A model generated the notes under the pieces. That model was not told where the DNA came from. It was given only the letters and a program-made list of their open reading frames with translations, and did not search any database. A program made the translations under genes and the position numbers. A stretch of DNA of 63,787 nucleotides, counting the filler, from Chiloscyllium plagiosum (taxonomy: Eukaryota): NCBI RefSeq assembly GCF_004010195.1. It is 3 parts of one record of this genome, joined end to end, with 100 filler letters (N's around TTAATTAATTAA, not from the genome) between each part and the next. Parts side by side here need not be neighbours in the genome. Positions count along the whole stretch, not along the records: positions 22,179 to 41,374 come from NC_057713.1; 2 more parts are not named here. The stretch is one strand, 5' to 3'. Positions 26,486-39,356 of the stretch are shown one piece after another; position 1 is the first letter of the stretch, and every line of letters starts with the position of its first letter.

Positions 26486-29395
26486 CTCATAGAGTTATAA
26501 TGTCAGTCGTATAGCACAGCATCAGAAACATCAGCCCAACTTGTCCATGTTTCCTAAACTCAACTAGTCTCATTTGCCTACATTTGACCCATATCGCTCT
26601 CAACCTTTACTATCCATGTACCTGTCCAAATGTCTTTTAAATGTTACACTTGTACTTGCCTCTACCACTTCTTCTGGCAGCTCGTTCCATATACCTGCCA
26701 CCCTCGGTGTGAAAAAGTTGTCCCTCAAGTCTGTTTTAAATCTTTCCCTCTCACCTTAAACATATGCCTTCTGGTTTTGGATTCCCCTACCTTGGCTATA
26801 AACCTTATCTATGCCCTTCATGATTGTTAGACCTCTGTAAGGTTACCCCTCAGCCTCCAAAGCTCCAGGGAAAAAGTCCCAGCCTATCCAGCCTCTCTTT
26901 GTAACTCAAACCTTTCAGTCTCAGTAACATCCTTGTACTCAGTGCTCTGACCGATGAAGGCAAGTGTGCCAAACACCTTCTATCGTACCGTGTCTATGTG
27001 ATGCCACTTTCAAGGAACTTTACCTGCACCCCTAGGTCTCTCATCAATAACACTCCCCAGGGCCCGACCATTAGCAGTGCAAGTCCTGCCCTGTTTTGTC
27101 TTATCAAAATGTAGCACCTCGCATTTATCTAAATTAAACTCTGTCTGCCATTCCTCAGCCCATTGGCCCAGTTGATCAAAATCACATTATACTCTTAGAT
27201 ATCCTTCTTCATTGCCCACTACACAACCAATTTTTGGTGTCATCTGCAAACTTACTGACCATACCTCTTATATTCAGATCCAAACTATTTATATAAATGG
27301 TGAAAAACAGTAGACCCAACACTGATCCTTGTGGCACACTGCTGGCCGCAGGCCTCCAGTCTGAACAACAATCCTCGAAGACCACCCTTCTGTCTCCTAC
27401 CATAAACCCAATTTTATATTCAGTTGTCCCCCTCCCTGTGGATCTCATGTGATCTAACTTTTCTAATCAATCTATCATGCAGAATCTTATCGAAGGCATT
27501 GCTAAAGTCCATGTAGACAACATCTACTGCTCTGCCTTCATCTATCTTTTTGGTCATCTCTTCAAAATACTCAATCAAACTTATGAGACCCGATTTCTCA
27601 TGCACAAAGCCATGCTGATGATCCCTAATCAGTCTTTGTCTTTCCAAATGCATGTAAATCCTGCTTCTCAGAATCCCCTTCAAGCACTTACCCACCACTG
27701 ATGTCTGGTTCACCACTCTATAGTTCTCTGGGTTTTCCTTGCAGCCTTTCTTAAACAATGACACAACATTAGCCATGCTCCGGTTTTTCAGCAGCTCACC
27801 CACAGCAGTCAATGATACAAATATCTCTGCGAGAGGACACATAGTTTCTTCCCTAGGTTCCCGCAATGACATAAGATACATTTGATCAGATCCCAGGGAT
27901 ATATCTACCTTTATGCATTTTAAGATATCAAGCATCTCCTCTTCTATAATATAAACTCTTTTCAAAACATTGCTATTTATTTCCTTGAGTTCTGTAGCTT
28001 CCATGTCTTTCTCCATGGTAAATACTGATGAGAAATATTTGTTTAGAATCTCACCCTCTCCTGTTGTTTCACACATTAAATTACCTCATTGATCTTTAAG
28101 GGATCCTATTTCTCTCCCTTGTTACTCTTTTGCCCTTAGTATACTTATAGAATCTCTGTGGATTATCTTTCACCCTATCTGTCAAAGCTATCTCAAGTCC
28201 CCATTTTTGCCCTCCTGATTTCCCTCTTAAGTGTATTCCTACACTCGCTGTACTCCTCAGGGGATTCACCTGATCCCAGCTGTCTGTATCTGACATATGC
28301 CTCCTATTTCTTGACCAGAGCCTCAATATCTCTAGTCATCGAATGTTCCCTACTCCTGCCAGCCTTGCCCTTCATACTAACAGAATAATGCCGGCCCAGA
28401 ACTCTCATTATCTTTCTTTTGAAAGCCTCCCGCTTGCCAGACATCCCTTTACCTGCAAACAGTCTCCCCCAAGCAACTTTTGAAAATGCCTGTCTAATAT
28501 CATCAAAATTGGCCATGCCCCAATATTGAAATTTAACTTGCGGACCAAACTTATCCTTTTCCATAATTATTTTAAAACTAATAGAATTATGGTCACTGAT
28601 TGCCTAAGTGCTCCCCCACTAATACCTCAGTCACTTTTCCTGTCTTATTTCCCAAGAAAAGGTGGAGTTTTACCCATTCTTGAAAAGGGCCATCTCCATA
28701 TTGATTGAGAACATTTTCCTGAACACACTTTACAAATTCCTCTCTGTCTAAGCCATTAAATGGCAGTGCCAGTTTATGTTTGGAAAGTTAAAATCCCCTA
28801 CTGTTGCAATCTTAGTATTCTTACAGCTATATGCAATCACTCTACAAATTTGCTTCTCAATTTCTCACTGACTATTGGGGGGCCTATAGCACAAACCCAT
28901 CAAAGTGACCACCACCTTCTTATTTTTCAGTTATACCCATATAGGTTGAGGAAAAACCTCTTCAAATACTGTGATGATGTTTTCCCTTATCAAAAACACC
29001 ATGCTCCCTGCTCTCTTGTTGCCCCTTCTATCCCTCCATCTGTACCTTGGAACATTGAGCTGCCATTCTTGTTTCTCCCTTAGTCATGTTTCTATAATAG
29101 CTATGATGTCCCCTTCCCATGTTGCCATCAATGCCCTGAGTTTATCTGCCCTACCTGCCAGGCCTCATGCATTGAAATAAATGCATTTTAATTCATCAGT
29201 CTTGTCTTGTTCCCTCCTGTGCTGTTGTATGCCTTGTCTATTTATCTTGCTCTCTTTAACTTCCATACTAGCCTCAACCTTCTCTTTTGTCTCACTATTG
29301 CTTAGGGTGCCATCCGCCGACCAGATTAGTTTGAACTCACCCAAGTAGCTCTAGCAAATCTTTCTGCCAGGATATTGGTGCCCCTCCAGAGGTGA
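26486..29395 (-). mobile_element. CR1 LINE, ~2.9-kb degenerate ORF2 + 3' tail
   Basis: ORF 27420-28076 has NYR..TSVVGK, HQHGF and VDVVYMDFSNAFDK. ORF 27209-27448 has VPQGSVLG and KFADDTK. Linker/endonuclease-like pieces lie upstream. Confidence 0.93.
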
Positions 29396-31215
29396 AAAGC
29401 CCTATATAAATGAAGTCTTTCTTTTATTTTACTCAGGCTTACTATCCTGTTCATGGTTACCAATGTTGATTTCCCCACAGAACTCAAAGTTCTATAGCAA
29501 ATCTCCCTACATCAGGGAACAACTTCAGGATAAGTTTTTCTCTTTTACTTTGGCAAACCTGAATTTTTTTTGGATGCTTGTTTCCTACATTACTCTCAGG
29601 CCTGTCTTGGCTCAGTATTCTGCAGCACAGACATTTAAGAGTTTCATCAATAAATAGCTCTACCAGTCTTTGTTTCTCCTCTTTCTTATCTCTCTGAGAA
29701 ACTTGGTACATTCAGCCCATTAAACTTGGAGTATAACATGACTGTTGTCGTAGCAAAGCTGATAGCATTGGCTGACAGTTGAGGAAGCCTCCCTGTTGCC
29801 TTTATGTTCTGCAGGATCTATTGAGGAAGAAGTTATATTGTCCTAAAACACTGGAAAATAAAATTGTACTGCAGTTCTCATGAGGTGTGGAGGGTATTTA
29901 CTGTAGTGGTTTAATGAAACCATACTTTATGTGAAGGCTGCAGGAATTGACAAGATTGCTTAATCTTATCTTGACATTTCGTTGACATCTACACCTTGCT
30001 TATTATTGATTGGCACTGACCTGCTGTTCCTGCAAGCTTGCAAAACCGCTTGTGTTTGCCAAATTTGATGTAATGTTGTTTTGCTGTGATTTCTCTTATT
30101 TTTAATCATTTTTACGGTTCATCCTGTACAACGGACAAGGTAGACGCAAGTAAAACAACTGTGCAGGAATACTAATGCAGCTAGAGGACGTAGGGTTCAT
30201 GTATGTTTTTCCTCTGTTGGGAGGGGTTGAATCTTTTTAGTGCCTGAGACTTTGTTGCTTTTTCTCAACAGTATACCTAATTAATTTAAATTAATATTAA
30301 AATCAGCTGTTAAACTTTAATAAGCCTCCAACATATGATTGTAATATGAACAAAATGGCAGCATTTTCTTGTCTTTCATTCTGCACTCTCCTAATTCTCT
30401 TCTATGTATCATATTTTTCCTAAATATTTAAACTAAACCGGCTCCAAGTTCTTTTAAGACAGAAATGCCAAAGCTAATGTGATGACGAGAGGAGCTGCAA
30501 CAGTTCATGAAAGCTTAAAGGGAAATTTAATGAACTGTGTTCAAAATTATGAAAGGTTTTGGTAGAATGGTTAGAAACTGTTTCCAACAGCAGATGTGTC
30601 AGTAGCCAGCGCGTGAAGATTTAAGATAATTCTCAATGAGAACAGAGAGGAAATCAGAAAATTATTTTCATGTTGTGAGTTATGATGACCTAGAATATGC
30701 TGGCTGAAGGAGTGATGAAAGCAGATTAAATAGTAACTTTCAAAAGGGAATTTGATCCGTACTTCACAAGAAGAATTTATAGGCATCTTGGGAAAGGGCA
30801 AGTAATTGCCTAGTTCTTTGAAGAAGTTGGAAACATCAGCCTGAATGACTTGTTTCTGTACCATGAGATTCTACAAATTTGCAGTTTTAAATTGAAAATT
30901 GCATGCAAACTATGAAAGATTTTTTTAAAAAACACATTATTCTCAATTAATATTGATCTGATCTTTGTCAGTCAGTTGTACCTCTTATAAATCTCAACAG
31001 TACAGCAGTTGACACACAATCGTTTAATGGGTTAATTTCTAAACAGCAAATAAGTTGGGAAAATAAATAGCTCAGAAAAGGGAAGCTAAACTGACATTTG
31101 GAAAGAAAGACAATGAGGACAGAAGGCATAGGAGTAGAAGTAGGCTATTTATCGATAAAGTGTGAAGCTGGGAAAAGCACAGCAGGTCAAGTAGCATCAG
31201 ATAAGCTGGAGAGTC

Positions 31216-31243
31216 AACGTTTCAGGTCATGACCTTTCATCAG
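31216..31243 (-). ncRNA. Hammerhead motif within a solo pLTR fragment (~31155-31300)
   Basis: Minus strand reads CUGAUGA-A-AGGUC-AU-GACCU-GAAAC-GUU. Confidence 0.6.
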
Positions 31244-34200
31244 GGCTGGAAAGGGGGAAAGACCTGAGAAATAAATAGAGGTGGGGGGTGGGGGTAAGTT
31301 AGGTACTTTGACTGTAAAATACATGTGACAATAAAGTAATTTATCATTCATTTGTATGTTTAGTTCAGTTTCAATGGTAACTTCTTAGATGTTAACAGTG
31401 GTGGATTCTGTAATGGTAACAGCTTTGAATCTCAAGCGACAATGGTTAGTTGCTCTCTTATTGGAGATTGTCACTTGTTTTGGCACTTATCTGATGTGAA
31501 TGTTATGTGCCACTTGTCAGCCCCAACCTGGATCAGGTCTTGCTTCATTTGGACATGGATTGATTCAGTATATGGGGAGCAGTGAGTGATGCTGAATATT
31601 GTGCAATCATCAGTGAATCCTCTCTTCTCAACTTTATGATAGAGGAAAGGTCATTGATGAAGCATCTGAAGATGGTTGAGCTTAGGACACTACCCTGAGG
31701 AATTTGTGCTGAGCTGTCCTGGACTGAGAAGACTGACATGCCACAATCACAACCATCTCCTTTGTGCCAGGTGTGACTCCAACCAGCAGAAAGTTGACTC
31801 CAGTTTTGCTAGTGTTATGCACTGGGACAGCAAGATGAGCTAAATCTGTCTCACTATCACTGGATTCGCAACGTAGTGAAATTAAATTATTCAATGGCTC
31901 TCAAAATTGCCCAATTGTTCTTAATTAGACTTGAGAATAACAAATAACATACAGTTGAGTTCATCACAAACAGCAATTAAGTGTTTATTATTAATACGGC
32001 ACCTTTAGAAAAGCAAAGCTAAACAACAAGGTAATCTGATTAAGGTGTATGATTTTACCTAAACTTTGTTGATCATAACCCTACTCTCTCACACAAACAG
32101 ACAGATGCAATTAAGGGATAAATTAAAGGAAAGTAAGAGTTATAATTTGTCAGTTTGCTATACCAGATCTTTAAGAATCCTTGAACAATGTGTTGTATTT
32201 CAGGCACTTGGGATTACATCTTGCCTGAATCTGAAGTCACCTATCAATGCAAACAGCTTTCAGCATGCTCCAGGAATATTTCCTAATTTTTATAAACTGG
32301 GTTACTTTTCTCAGAACATTGAACAACTCTTTAAACTCTTTAACTCTTTTTAAGTAAAGATCGAGAGAATAAAATTTAAATACAGCTTCCCAGTTCAGCT
32401 GCTTCCCAGCAGACAGCCTTCTGCCCAAAAAGCAGGTTAAAACTATTTCAATCTTTGGTTTCTCTTTCTCACCATTCTCTGTGGTTTGGCTGGCCAGCAC
32501 CAGTTTCCCATTGATTGACCAAAGCAGCATCCAAGCAGCCAGTCCTTGAGCATAATGCATTGCAGTGCTGAAACATCCGAAGTGTTCTTAGAATAATAAG
32601 CTCGCAATTACCTTTTCAGGCTAGATCCCATATGCAGACATCATTTATTGTTCTTTTTTTTTTAAAGAAAACAAGCTTCAGTTCAACATTTGATTCTTAA
32701 CTTCAGCTCAAAGTTCCAAACCAAAAATGAGAAAAATAAAGAAAAAAAGTGGTGGTTTTGACACTAGGGGCTCCTCGATGCCACACCTGATCAAATGCGG
32801 CGTTGATGTCATGGGCAGTTACTCTCACCGTACCTCTGAAACTCAGCTCTATTGCCCATGTTTGAACCAAGGATGTAATAAAGTCAGGAGCAGAGTGACC
32901 CAGGCCGGGCTCAAAATGAACTTCAGTGAGCATTTTCCAACATCTTCCTGTTCTAAGAAGACTCATACTGGACTCAAAATTGTAACTGTTTCTCTTGCCA
33001 CAGATGCTGCCAGGCCTGCTGAATTTCTCCAGCCTTCTCAGTGTTTGTTTCAAATTTCCAGTCTTTGATAATTAAAATAACAATACTGTAACGACCAGGT
33101 TCGTGCTAAGCAAGGGCTCCTTATTAGCACTGTTGATGACCACATTCTATCCACTTTGTTGATGGTTAAGAGTCGGCTGATAGTGCAGTAATTGGCTAGG
33201 TTGAATTTGTCCTACTAGTGTACAGGAAAATTCTGGTCAATGTTCTACATTGTCAGCAAAATGTCGGTGATGTAGCTGTACTGGAACAGGTTGGCTGGAA
33301 TGTAGCAAGTTTGGAACATGTGTCTTCGATAATACTGTCAATGTAACGTTTTTCCTCTCAGTGCATGTAAGGGCAATTGAATTATATGCCAGTGGTTCAT
33401 AATTGATAACCTATAGCTCGAGTCTTTAACTTGTTAATAAATTGTCATGGTTATTAAGAACAGAAAAATGGTCCGTGCTTTCTGTTATCCTGGGCCTAAA
33501 AGACAAGTGGATAGGGGAATTTTGTGTACTTCTATAAAATCTTTAACTTTTGAGATGACTCTGGGAATAGCAGAGCTTGATTTCCTGCATGCTACCCCGG
33601 GGAGGCATAACAGTTGAAAGTAAGAGGTGAAATCAATTGCCCTCGTCTTCTGACTGCAAAAAAAACCTCATTGAATTACAGTGTTTATAGCAAACATTCC
33701 ACAGTTGGTTCCAATTTCCAATTGATTTGCTTTTCCATTGTACTGAGTGTTGGTTCAAATGGCCATCTCCAGCTACTTCTCTCCATTCTTAGGGAGTTTC
33801 CTAAATCTACTGCCAACAGTAAAAATCATTTGAAATATTCTTCCTTCTCCCTGACCAAGACAGGATGAATCCCCCTCACATTTTGGGTGGTTGTGAAATG
33901 TATTACTTCCACTAGAGAGTGTTTCACTCTGTCATCTGGCCTTAGTTGCTCACAAAGAACCTACAATCTCTTCTGTCAGCTTGACGCAGCAACTGCTTTC
34001 TTCCCTTTTTGTTCTCCCCCTTTTACCCAAAATGCTTGAAGACAGTGTCCATTTATAGTTGACACAGTTGCCATTGCCTTTTGTTCCCTAGTGTAAGAAC
34101 TTGCTACCTTGCTTAGCCCGTCACCCAGGTCTTACTGTCAGGCCTTTTTAAAGTAGGTGCATGACCCCTTCATTTTAACATAAGATTAAATTCACATCCT

Positions 34201-34312
34201 AAATATCACATCTTATAAACCTCATAGTTGTAACAATATTAAATGAGCGAAGCCTTGATACAGCTGATGTTACTTTTCCTACACTTGGATTTAGTTAAGT
34301 TTTCTTTCTATC

Positions 34313-34947
34313 TGTTATGGACCAGACCAGACCCTGTCAAAGTATTTTAGTAAGGCAGCTTAGACACTAATGTTTTCTTATTTTAAAGCTAGCTGTGAAA
34401 TGCCTTGTTCCAGATGCAATGCAACTAGTCAAACTACTTGACGTTAAGCAAAACACAGTTTATTTAAACGCTATAGTTAAAATACAAACAAAAAAAGAGG
34501 AATTTAGAAAAACTTAACCAAATAACGGATGGAGTACCTATAACTAATTAATTGTTCCAATATAGTAACATTCCATGAACACAACCCTTGGCAAAAAGGC
34601 AAATTCAAACATAGATTCTCACATGCAATTCTCCAATCCAGGAGGGAAAAAACATCGAGAAAATTTAGAGGAAGTAGCAGCTAGGAGACTTTTACAGAAG
34701 CTTCCAACTCTTTCAAGACTCCAAAGACTTCTGCTTAAAACTAAACATAAAAACAAAAACAATTAAAAAGCTTGGTCTGTGAGAGCTGGCCACACCCAGG
34801 CTGCTTCTATTGTTCCAACTTAAAAAGAACCCCATGGCCTCTCAAATTGTTTACTTTCTTAGAGACAGCTCGCTTATCTGCCTTACAACCTCTCTTCTGA
34901 AAAAAAAACAGGACAAAATAACCTCTTTAACTGACAGCATCAGCACA
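34313..34947 (-). mobile_element. Solo LTR, 635 bp
   Basis: TG...CA ends flanked by the 4-bp TSD TATC (34309-34312 and 34948-34951). Minus-strand AATAAA at ~34459-34464. Confidence 0.7.
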
Positions 34948-35447
34948 TATCCTCGCACTTACTTTTTGTTCTTTGGACTGTCAATAAATCGTTCATTCTT
35001 TGGTTTGATCTTTCCTTCTTTGCAGTGTTCTGTTCCCTTATGGCTTGTATTTCATTGCTGTTGCCTTGATAGAATGTCAATGATTAAATAGCATATGATT
35101 AAATAGATTACAAGTGTCAAAAAAATTACAGAATGACACAGATCCAGCTGAAAAATGTAGCTGAAAAGCTAAAACAAATTGGAATAGGAAGAATAGTCAG
35201 GAATACACCTCCAATTTTTCATTTAGATTTTAGAACTCTATATTGCAACTGATAATACTAACTAGAAATCCTTTCATCTTATAAAGTTGTATTTCTGCAT
35301 TTGATTTAATTTAGCAAAGTTAAATCATGACTGACAAACTTATACAGAAACTATAGGAGTTGCATTTTGACATGGTGTTTTCTGACAGTAATTTTTCTCT
35401 TTTTCCTTCTCTTTCCCTGCACCCCTTTCCAATTTTTTTCCTACAAG

Positions 35448-35567
35448 TTGCTCCTGTATGAACGAAACTGGTTGAACAGGTGGAAAACAACTATATTACA
35501 TGAAGGAGAAGGCACCATTTCAAACATCAAATGGAGGGGCAATCTGGTCGCATGGTCAAACAGTGTG
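35448..35567 (+). CDS. VPS41: VPS41 (HOPS subunit) coding exon, 120 nt, equivalent to human exon ~8
   Basis: Pyrimidine tract + AAG acceptor; donor GTAATG. Encodes LLLYERNWLNRWKTTILHEGEGTISNIKWRGNLVAWSNSV, matching recalled human LLLFERSWMNRWKSAVLHEGEGNIRSVKWRGHLIAWANNM. Confidence 0.96.
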
Positions 35568-36677
35568 GTAATGAAATCTATCTCAATACCAGGCATTGCA
35601 TTTGTAATCCAAAGTTTCTGCCTTGTTAAGCATTTGCCGATGAATGCAAACAACTTGCCATCATTTCCGTTCAAAACCATTTCATTCACAAACATATTTG
35701 CCTAACTTTGTTGGCAATATTGAAGAGAATATCTGTGATTCCCTTCAATATTGCCAACAAAATTGGCCAAATATGTTTATGTGAATGATCTTGCTCAGCA
35801 AAATTTGCATCTACGTTCAACAACAGAGTTCACCTTGAATAAAGATCTGAACAGCATGGAAGAATGTTTCTGGAATCCCAAGCCAAACCCGCAGAAAAAA
35901 ATTAGTTCATAATATCTTGGTAACAGGAATGCCAAGGGAACCCTGAAAATGACAGTAACAGCCACATAATGATGTAACATAATGGCGACACAACTCAACC
36001 CCAATCTGTCACTGGGTGAAGTTGGACTGATGACTAAGTTTCCAGAGACACCAAAATGAAGATGAGTTAAGCTGGTTCATTAACTGATGCACTCAAACTG
36101 TAGATCATCAACATTGGCATTTCAGATATTAGCTGTGGTGTAATCCATAGCTGTGTATTGTGCATGGATATGAACCAGTCACACTCAACTGAACACTGCA
36201 ATGCAATGTGTCACTGGAACCCCAGAGTCAGCCTCTAGCCACCAAAGCTTTCCCTTTGGGAATTCAGAAAGTTGAGTATCTCCCCCATCCACCAGGACCT
36301 CGATAACATCCCTCAACATGTCTTGAAGTGCTGACTCTGCAGGTTTAGCCTTCAACAATACGATTTCAACCTGTGAAACTTGGAAACCTGAATATTGTTC
36401 GCAATAGGTCATACAGAATCATGTTATGAAATGAGACCTAACAACTGAGGAATAACCCTAAAGTGTATCTGTATCCATCAAATTGGATGTGAATTGTTGG
36501 CACAGAAATTGGAAAGGTTCTAGTGTACACAGATCAAACTTCAGTACAATTCAAATATAAAAGTAGTGTAACAGCAAAGGACTGCATTATTGTTGGATTA
36601 CTCTTTTAACCATCAGAGTGTAAAATTAAAATTGTTGCCCTACATCTAAGTCAACCAGAAAAAAAGGAGAGAGATTA

Positions 36678-36904
36678 CAGGTATCTTCTGCTTTTCAAAC
36701 ATTCGCTTTACACACTTCACTTTTACAAAAGGCCTATGTTCGTACCTGTTTTTGCTAAGAGAAAGAAATCTGAAGAGGATTTTCGCTTTTACACGAAAAG
36801 ATAAAATTTTTCCCATATAAATTAGTGCTTCTTTGCTTTACACTATTTTGGCTTACGAAAGGTTCCATAGGAAAGCTCTACTTTTGGATAGCATAGGCTA
36901 CCTG
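36678..36904. mobile_element. Tc1/mariner (pogo/Tigger-like) MITE, 227 bp
   Basis: TA|CAGGTATCTTCTGCTTTTCAAA ... TTTGGATAGCATAGGCTACCTG|TA: 22-bp terminal inverted repeats (17/22 match) and TA TSD. Confidence 0.75.
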
Positions 36905-37579
36905 TACCCTTATTATCCTTCTGATATTAGAATAGCCAAAAAGGAATCCAATACTCTACTTGTAATCTCAGGAATATGTTATACAAACTCAATAACGCTT
37001 AACCTTACTTTAATATTTGATGGCCCATGTATAAAATGTTTGTATGTAGCTTAAAAGAGTGATCCACTAATGAGAGAAACAACATAAAATGTCTAGATTG
37101 CTTTTAAAATGCCCTCACCTGATTTTTAATAGTGATATTTCTGTTGAAAAGATAGTTTTTGTGTTGAATCCCTTAATGTGCTGATGATATTGGCAACCAA
37201 GAACATATCTAAATACGTTTGAGGTCTCCTTTTTATTGTGTTAGTGACCACGCTGAAGACTGACTCCATGACCACCCTTACTTGAAACATCTGGATGTTA
37301 CTTCAGTTAGAAAGTGATTGGTTTGAATTCTTCACCAACTGGGATCATTACATGTTTACAGTACAAAAGGCTGTTCCATCCATTGTGTCCATCCCAGTTG
37401 TTGAAGAAAAATTAAAAACCCACACCCAAGGGTTTACTTCACAGATTAAATACTGTATGATAAAGTAGTTCACCTTCTCACAAAAACCATCTGGAGTACT
37501 GTGACTCATTTTAATGGGAATCTCTCCAGTTTTTAAAAATCTTTCTCTGACCATACTCAAGCTACTTTTCTTTCTTCAG

Positions 37580-37726
37580 GGAGTCAAGATATATGATGCT
37601 TGCTCAAAGCAACGAATCACAAACATATCCCGAGACAACACAAACTTTCGTCCTGATATGTATCTCTGCAGTCTCTGCTGGAAAGACAACATAACACTCA
37701 TCATTGGCTGGGCAACATCTGTTAAG
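37580..37726 (+). CDS. VPS41: VPS41 coding exon, 147 nt
   Basis: tttcttcag| ... |gtattt. Encodes GVKIYDACSKQRITNISRDNTNFRPDMYLCSLCWKDNITLIIGWATSVK, phase 0/0. Confidence 0.97.
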
Positions 37727-39289
37727 GTATTTTCTGATTAATATTAAAGGCAGTGTTACAAAAGCTTTAAATTCAAGTTATGAATGTAGATCCGTTAAGA
37801 TTGATCAGTTAGGGGCAACCGGCCATGTTTCTTAGTTTGCAAGATTTTAAACCTATAGGTTAGTGAGTGAATTACTTTTGAAAGTGATCCCTTTTCCCTT
37901 TGCCGTTGTTGAAAATCTCCTTCTGACCATCTGTATTGGCTGAGTCCTGAATAAGACTTGTCTGCTTTCTTGGCTGCTCTCTTTGTGACATGACTAAATT
38001 GTAAAGTGGAAAAGAAGAATAAGTTGTGTATCTCGACCGGCAATGATTTTTTTAAACATGCACAATGCATTTTATTATAAATTTCCAAAGCACGGTAATA
38101 ATTCTAGAAAGACTTATTTTGCCACTGTAAAGCAAACGCCCTAAAAAAAACAATTTAAATAAAAAATGTAGCTTGTAATAAATGTATTTGGAACCTTTAA
38201 ACAGGCTTTCTCTGGTTGCTCTGAAGTGTTAAATGAAAATAAAACTGAATAGATTACAATCTGTTCAAATAAAAATCTGTTCTGCTTTTCCCTCTGTGCG
38301 TGACAGCAAGTGTTACTACATGTGATTTATAGTGCATTTTAAAAATTTGTACAAGTAGAGCTATTGGTTTGCATTGCTTTATATCTAGATCCATGAAGGG
38401 ATTTATTAGAGTTGCAAATAACATGTATTTTATCATTTTAATTTCTCCATACATACACTTGAAGGGAAAAAGGTTCCAGGATTTTAAAAAAAATTTTCAG
38501 TGAAGACAAAATTAAATGTCTCATAAATCTCCTTTTTTAAATTGAAAGCTTTGGTTTCCTTGCCATAGCAAATCTCACTTCAGTTTCAGAGTGCCTCCAA
38601 GCTTGCCTCTGCTGCATAAATAAACTCTGCTGAGTTGGATTGGGATTGGGGTTGGGAAGAATGGATTGATGGGTGCAGGTGCAATGAGGTGGCTTGACTT
38701 CAGTGGAATATGAGAACCCACCTAATTTGGCAGGCACACACTGATGAGAGCGTGGAAAACAGCTAAGAGTATTTTGTTGAGGTGATGTGGGAACCACAGC
38801 TACAGGCTGTGAATGCAGATGGTGATGGAACAAGGGGCCACAGTTACAAGTTGTACATGAAGAATTTGGAAGGATGATTCTATTTTATGTTTTGTTTTGT
38901 GGAATAAGAATATAGTGAGCTAAAATGTTGTCTTAAATACCTTCCGTGAAACTACTATTTTTGCACTTACAGTTTTACTCCATAGCAAAGGCCAAAATAA
39001 AGAATATTGGGGGATATTTGAAGTCTCTATGATGTACTTTTAACAAGCATACTTCAATGATAACTGTTGGTGCTGATATTAATGTGGGATATACTTTCTT
39101 AGAATATGCTGCAATCTCATTCATGTGCGTTTTTAAATGTTTTTAAAGCTGAGTATTAGAAGGTGACTGAACAATTCCTTTGTAACACAGCATCACCTTA
39201 TAAAATATAAAATTCTGCAGCAGGTGGCAGTCTTACTCAAAGGGACAATTTTTGACTGTTTATAAATAGTCACCATGATTTTTTTTCAG

Positions 39290-39356
39290 GTATGTGTGGT
39301 GAAGGAGCGTGATCCTACAGACTTAAGGGATTTGCCCACTCGTTATGTTGAAATTG
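39290..39356 (+). CDS. VPS41: VPS41 coding exon, 67 nt
   Basis: tttttcag| ... |gtaaga. Encodes VCVVKERDPTDLRDLPTRYVEI plus 1 nt (human VCSVKERHASEMRDLPSRYVEI). Too short for the ORF track. Confidence 0.96.

Noticed and set aside
29740..30130. Possible conserved non-coding enhancer (also ~880-1130)
   Set aside because: Looks non-repetitive and motif-rich, but conservation cannot be judged without alignments.
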